From assembly GCA_963729625.1 (NCBI GenBank), contig CAVSOU010000008.1:1-64000 (forward strand): a stretch of DNA of 64,000 bases, in the 5' to 3' direction. This stretch comes from an uncultured bacterium. GTDB taxonomy: Bacteria > Chloroflexota > UBA5177 > JANWHV01. A program made the translations under genes and the position numbers. Under the pieces are notes generated by a model, which searched no databases, had not been told where the DNA came from, and saw only the letters and a list, made by a program, of their open reading frames with translations. The stretch's first letter is position 1. The number at the start of each line of letters is the position of its first letter. Below, piece by piece: positions 63,438 to 64,000 of this stretch.

Positions 63438-64000
63438 CTAGGCCGGCCCGGCGGCTGGGCGCGTCGCAATAGGCCGCTTCCTAGTCCTGCTATATCCGCT
63501 CTTGGAGATCCGCTCCAAGTAGCGCACGAACAGGCTTGCCGGATAGCCGCAAGCAAAGTACAGAACGAGAACCATCGTGTAGATAGTGAAGTAGTTGTAT
63601 GTGTGAGCGGCGATGATTTGGCCGCTGAACAACAACTCCTGGATGGTAATCACAGAGGCGATCGACGTGTCTTTGAACAAGGAAATGAAGTAGTTTCCCA
63701 GGGCGGGGATCACAATGCGGATCGCCTGTGGAAGCACGATGCGGCGCATCGCCAGCGATGACCGCATGCCCAAAGCAGCAGCCGCATCGGTTTGCCCCTT
63801 TGGCACTGCCTGTATACCGGCCCGGTACACTTCCGACATATAGGCTGAGTAGTTAAGTGTTAGTCCTACAACCCCGGCGACGAAGGGAGTGAATTGCACA
63901 CCAAAATAGGGCAGGACGTAGTAGATGTAGATGAGTTGCACCAGAAGTGGCGTGCCACGAATGATCTCGACGTACGCACCAATGACGAAGCGTAACGCCT
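63438..64000 (-). CDS. Amino acid ABC transporter permease (5' end beyond the window)
   Basis: RGTPLLVQL, SAYMSEVYRAGI, PQAIR, KDTS. Confidence 0.9.
   Translation of the reverse strand, partial: ALRFVIGAYVEIIRGTPLLVQLIYIYYVLPYFGVQFTPFVAGVVGLTLNYSAYMSEVYRAGIQAVPKGQTDAAAALGMRSSLAMRRIVLPQAIRIVIPALGNYFISLFKDTSIASVITIQELLFSGQIIAAHTYNYFTIYTMVLVLYFACGYPASLFVRYLERISKSGYSRTRKRPIATRPAAGPA

Overview
High-GC bacterial window, lineage not determinable from sequence alone. No rRNA, tRNA, CRISPR array, integrase or transposase was recognised. (1) 2.9-17.8 kb: a sugar-utilisation region with five URO-D/MtaA-like paralogs plus a remnant of a sixth relative, sugar ABC transporter parts and a GH29 fucosidase. 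(2) 2.3-27.5 kb: one intact comM/yifB gene (18875-20392) and five co-oriented partial copies, all drawn from codons 1-217. They alternate with toxin-antitoxin modules or remnants of four types (DUF433/DUF5615 twice, ParDE-like, HigA-like, HicB-like). Two copies break at the same dyad-symmetric site (TCACAAC-N8-GTTGTGA) and continue into related non-comM DNA. This comM-fragment/TA array is the best candidate for an undescribed system. (3) 27.7-42 kb: a patchwork of small genes, secreted proteins and gene stubs. (4) 42.3-52 kb: an uncharacterised lipid-type operon (UbiA-like, PEP-utilising phosphotransferase, DUF3419/BtaA, phytol/dolichol kinase-like, GNAT, AMP-ligase, then an MFS transporter). 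(5) 52-64 kb: vapBC, tyrosine phenol-lyase, PAP2, a Ser/Thr kinase, cydDC, a mandelate racemase-family gene and an amino-acid ABC transporter. Several genes carry single frameshifts, from decay or read errors. Family assignments come from motif recognition by eye, not database searches.
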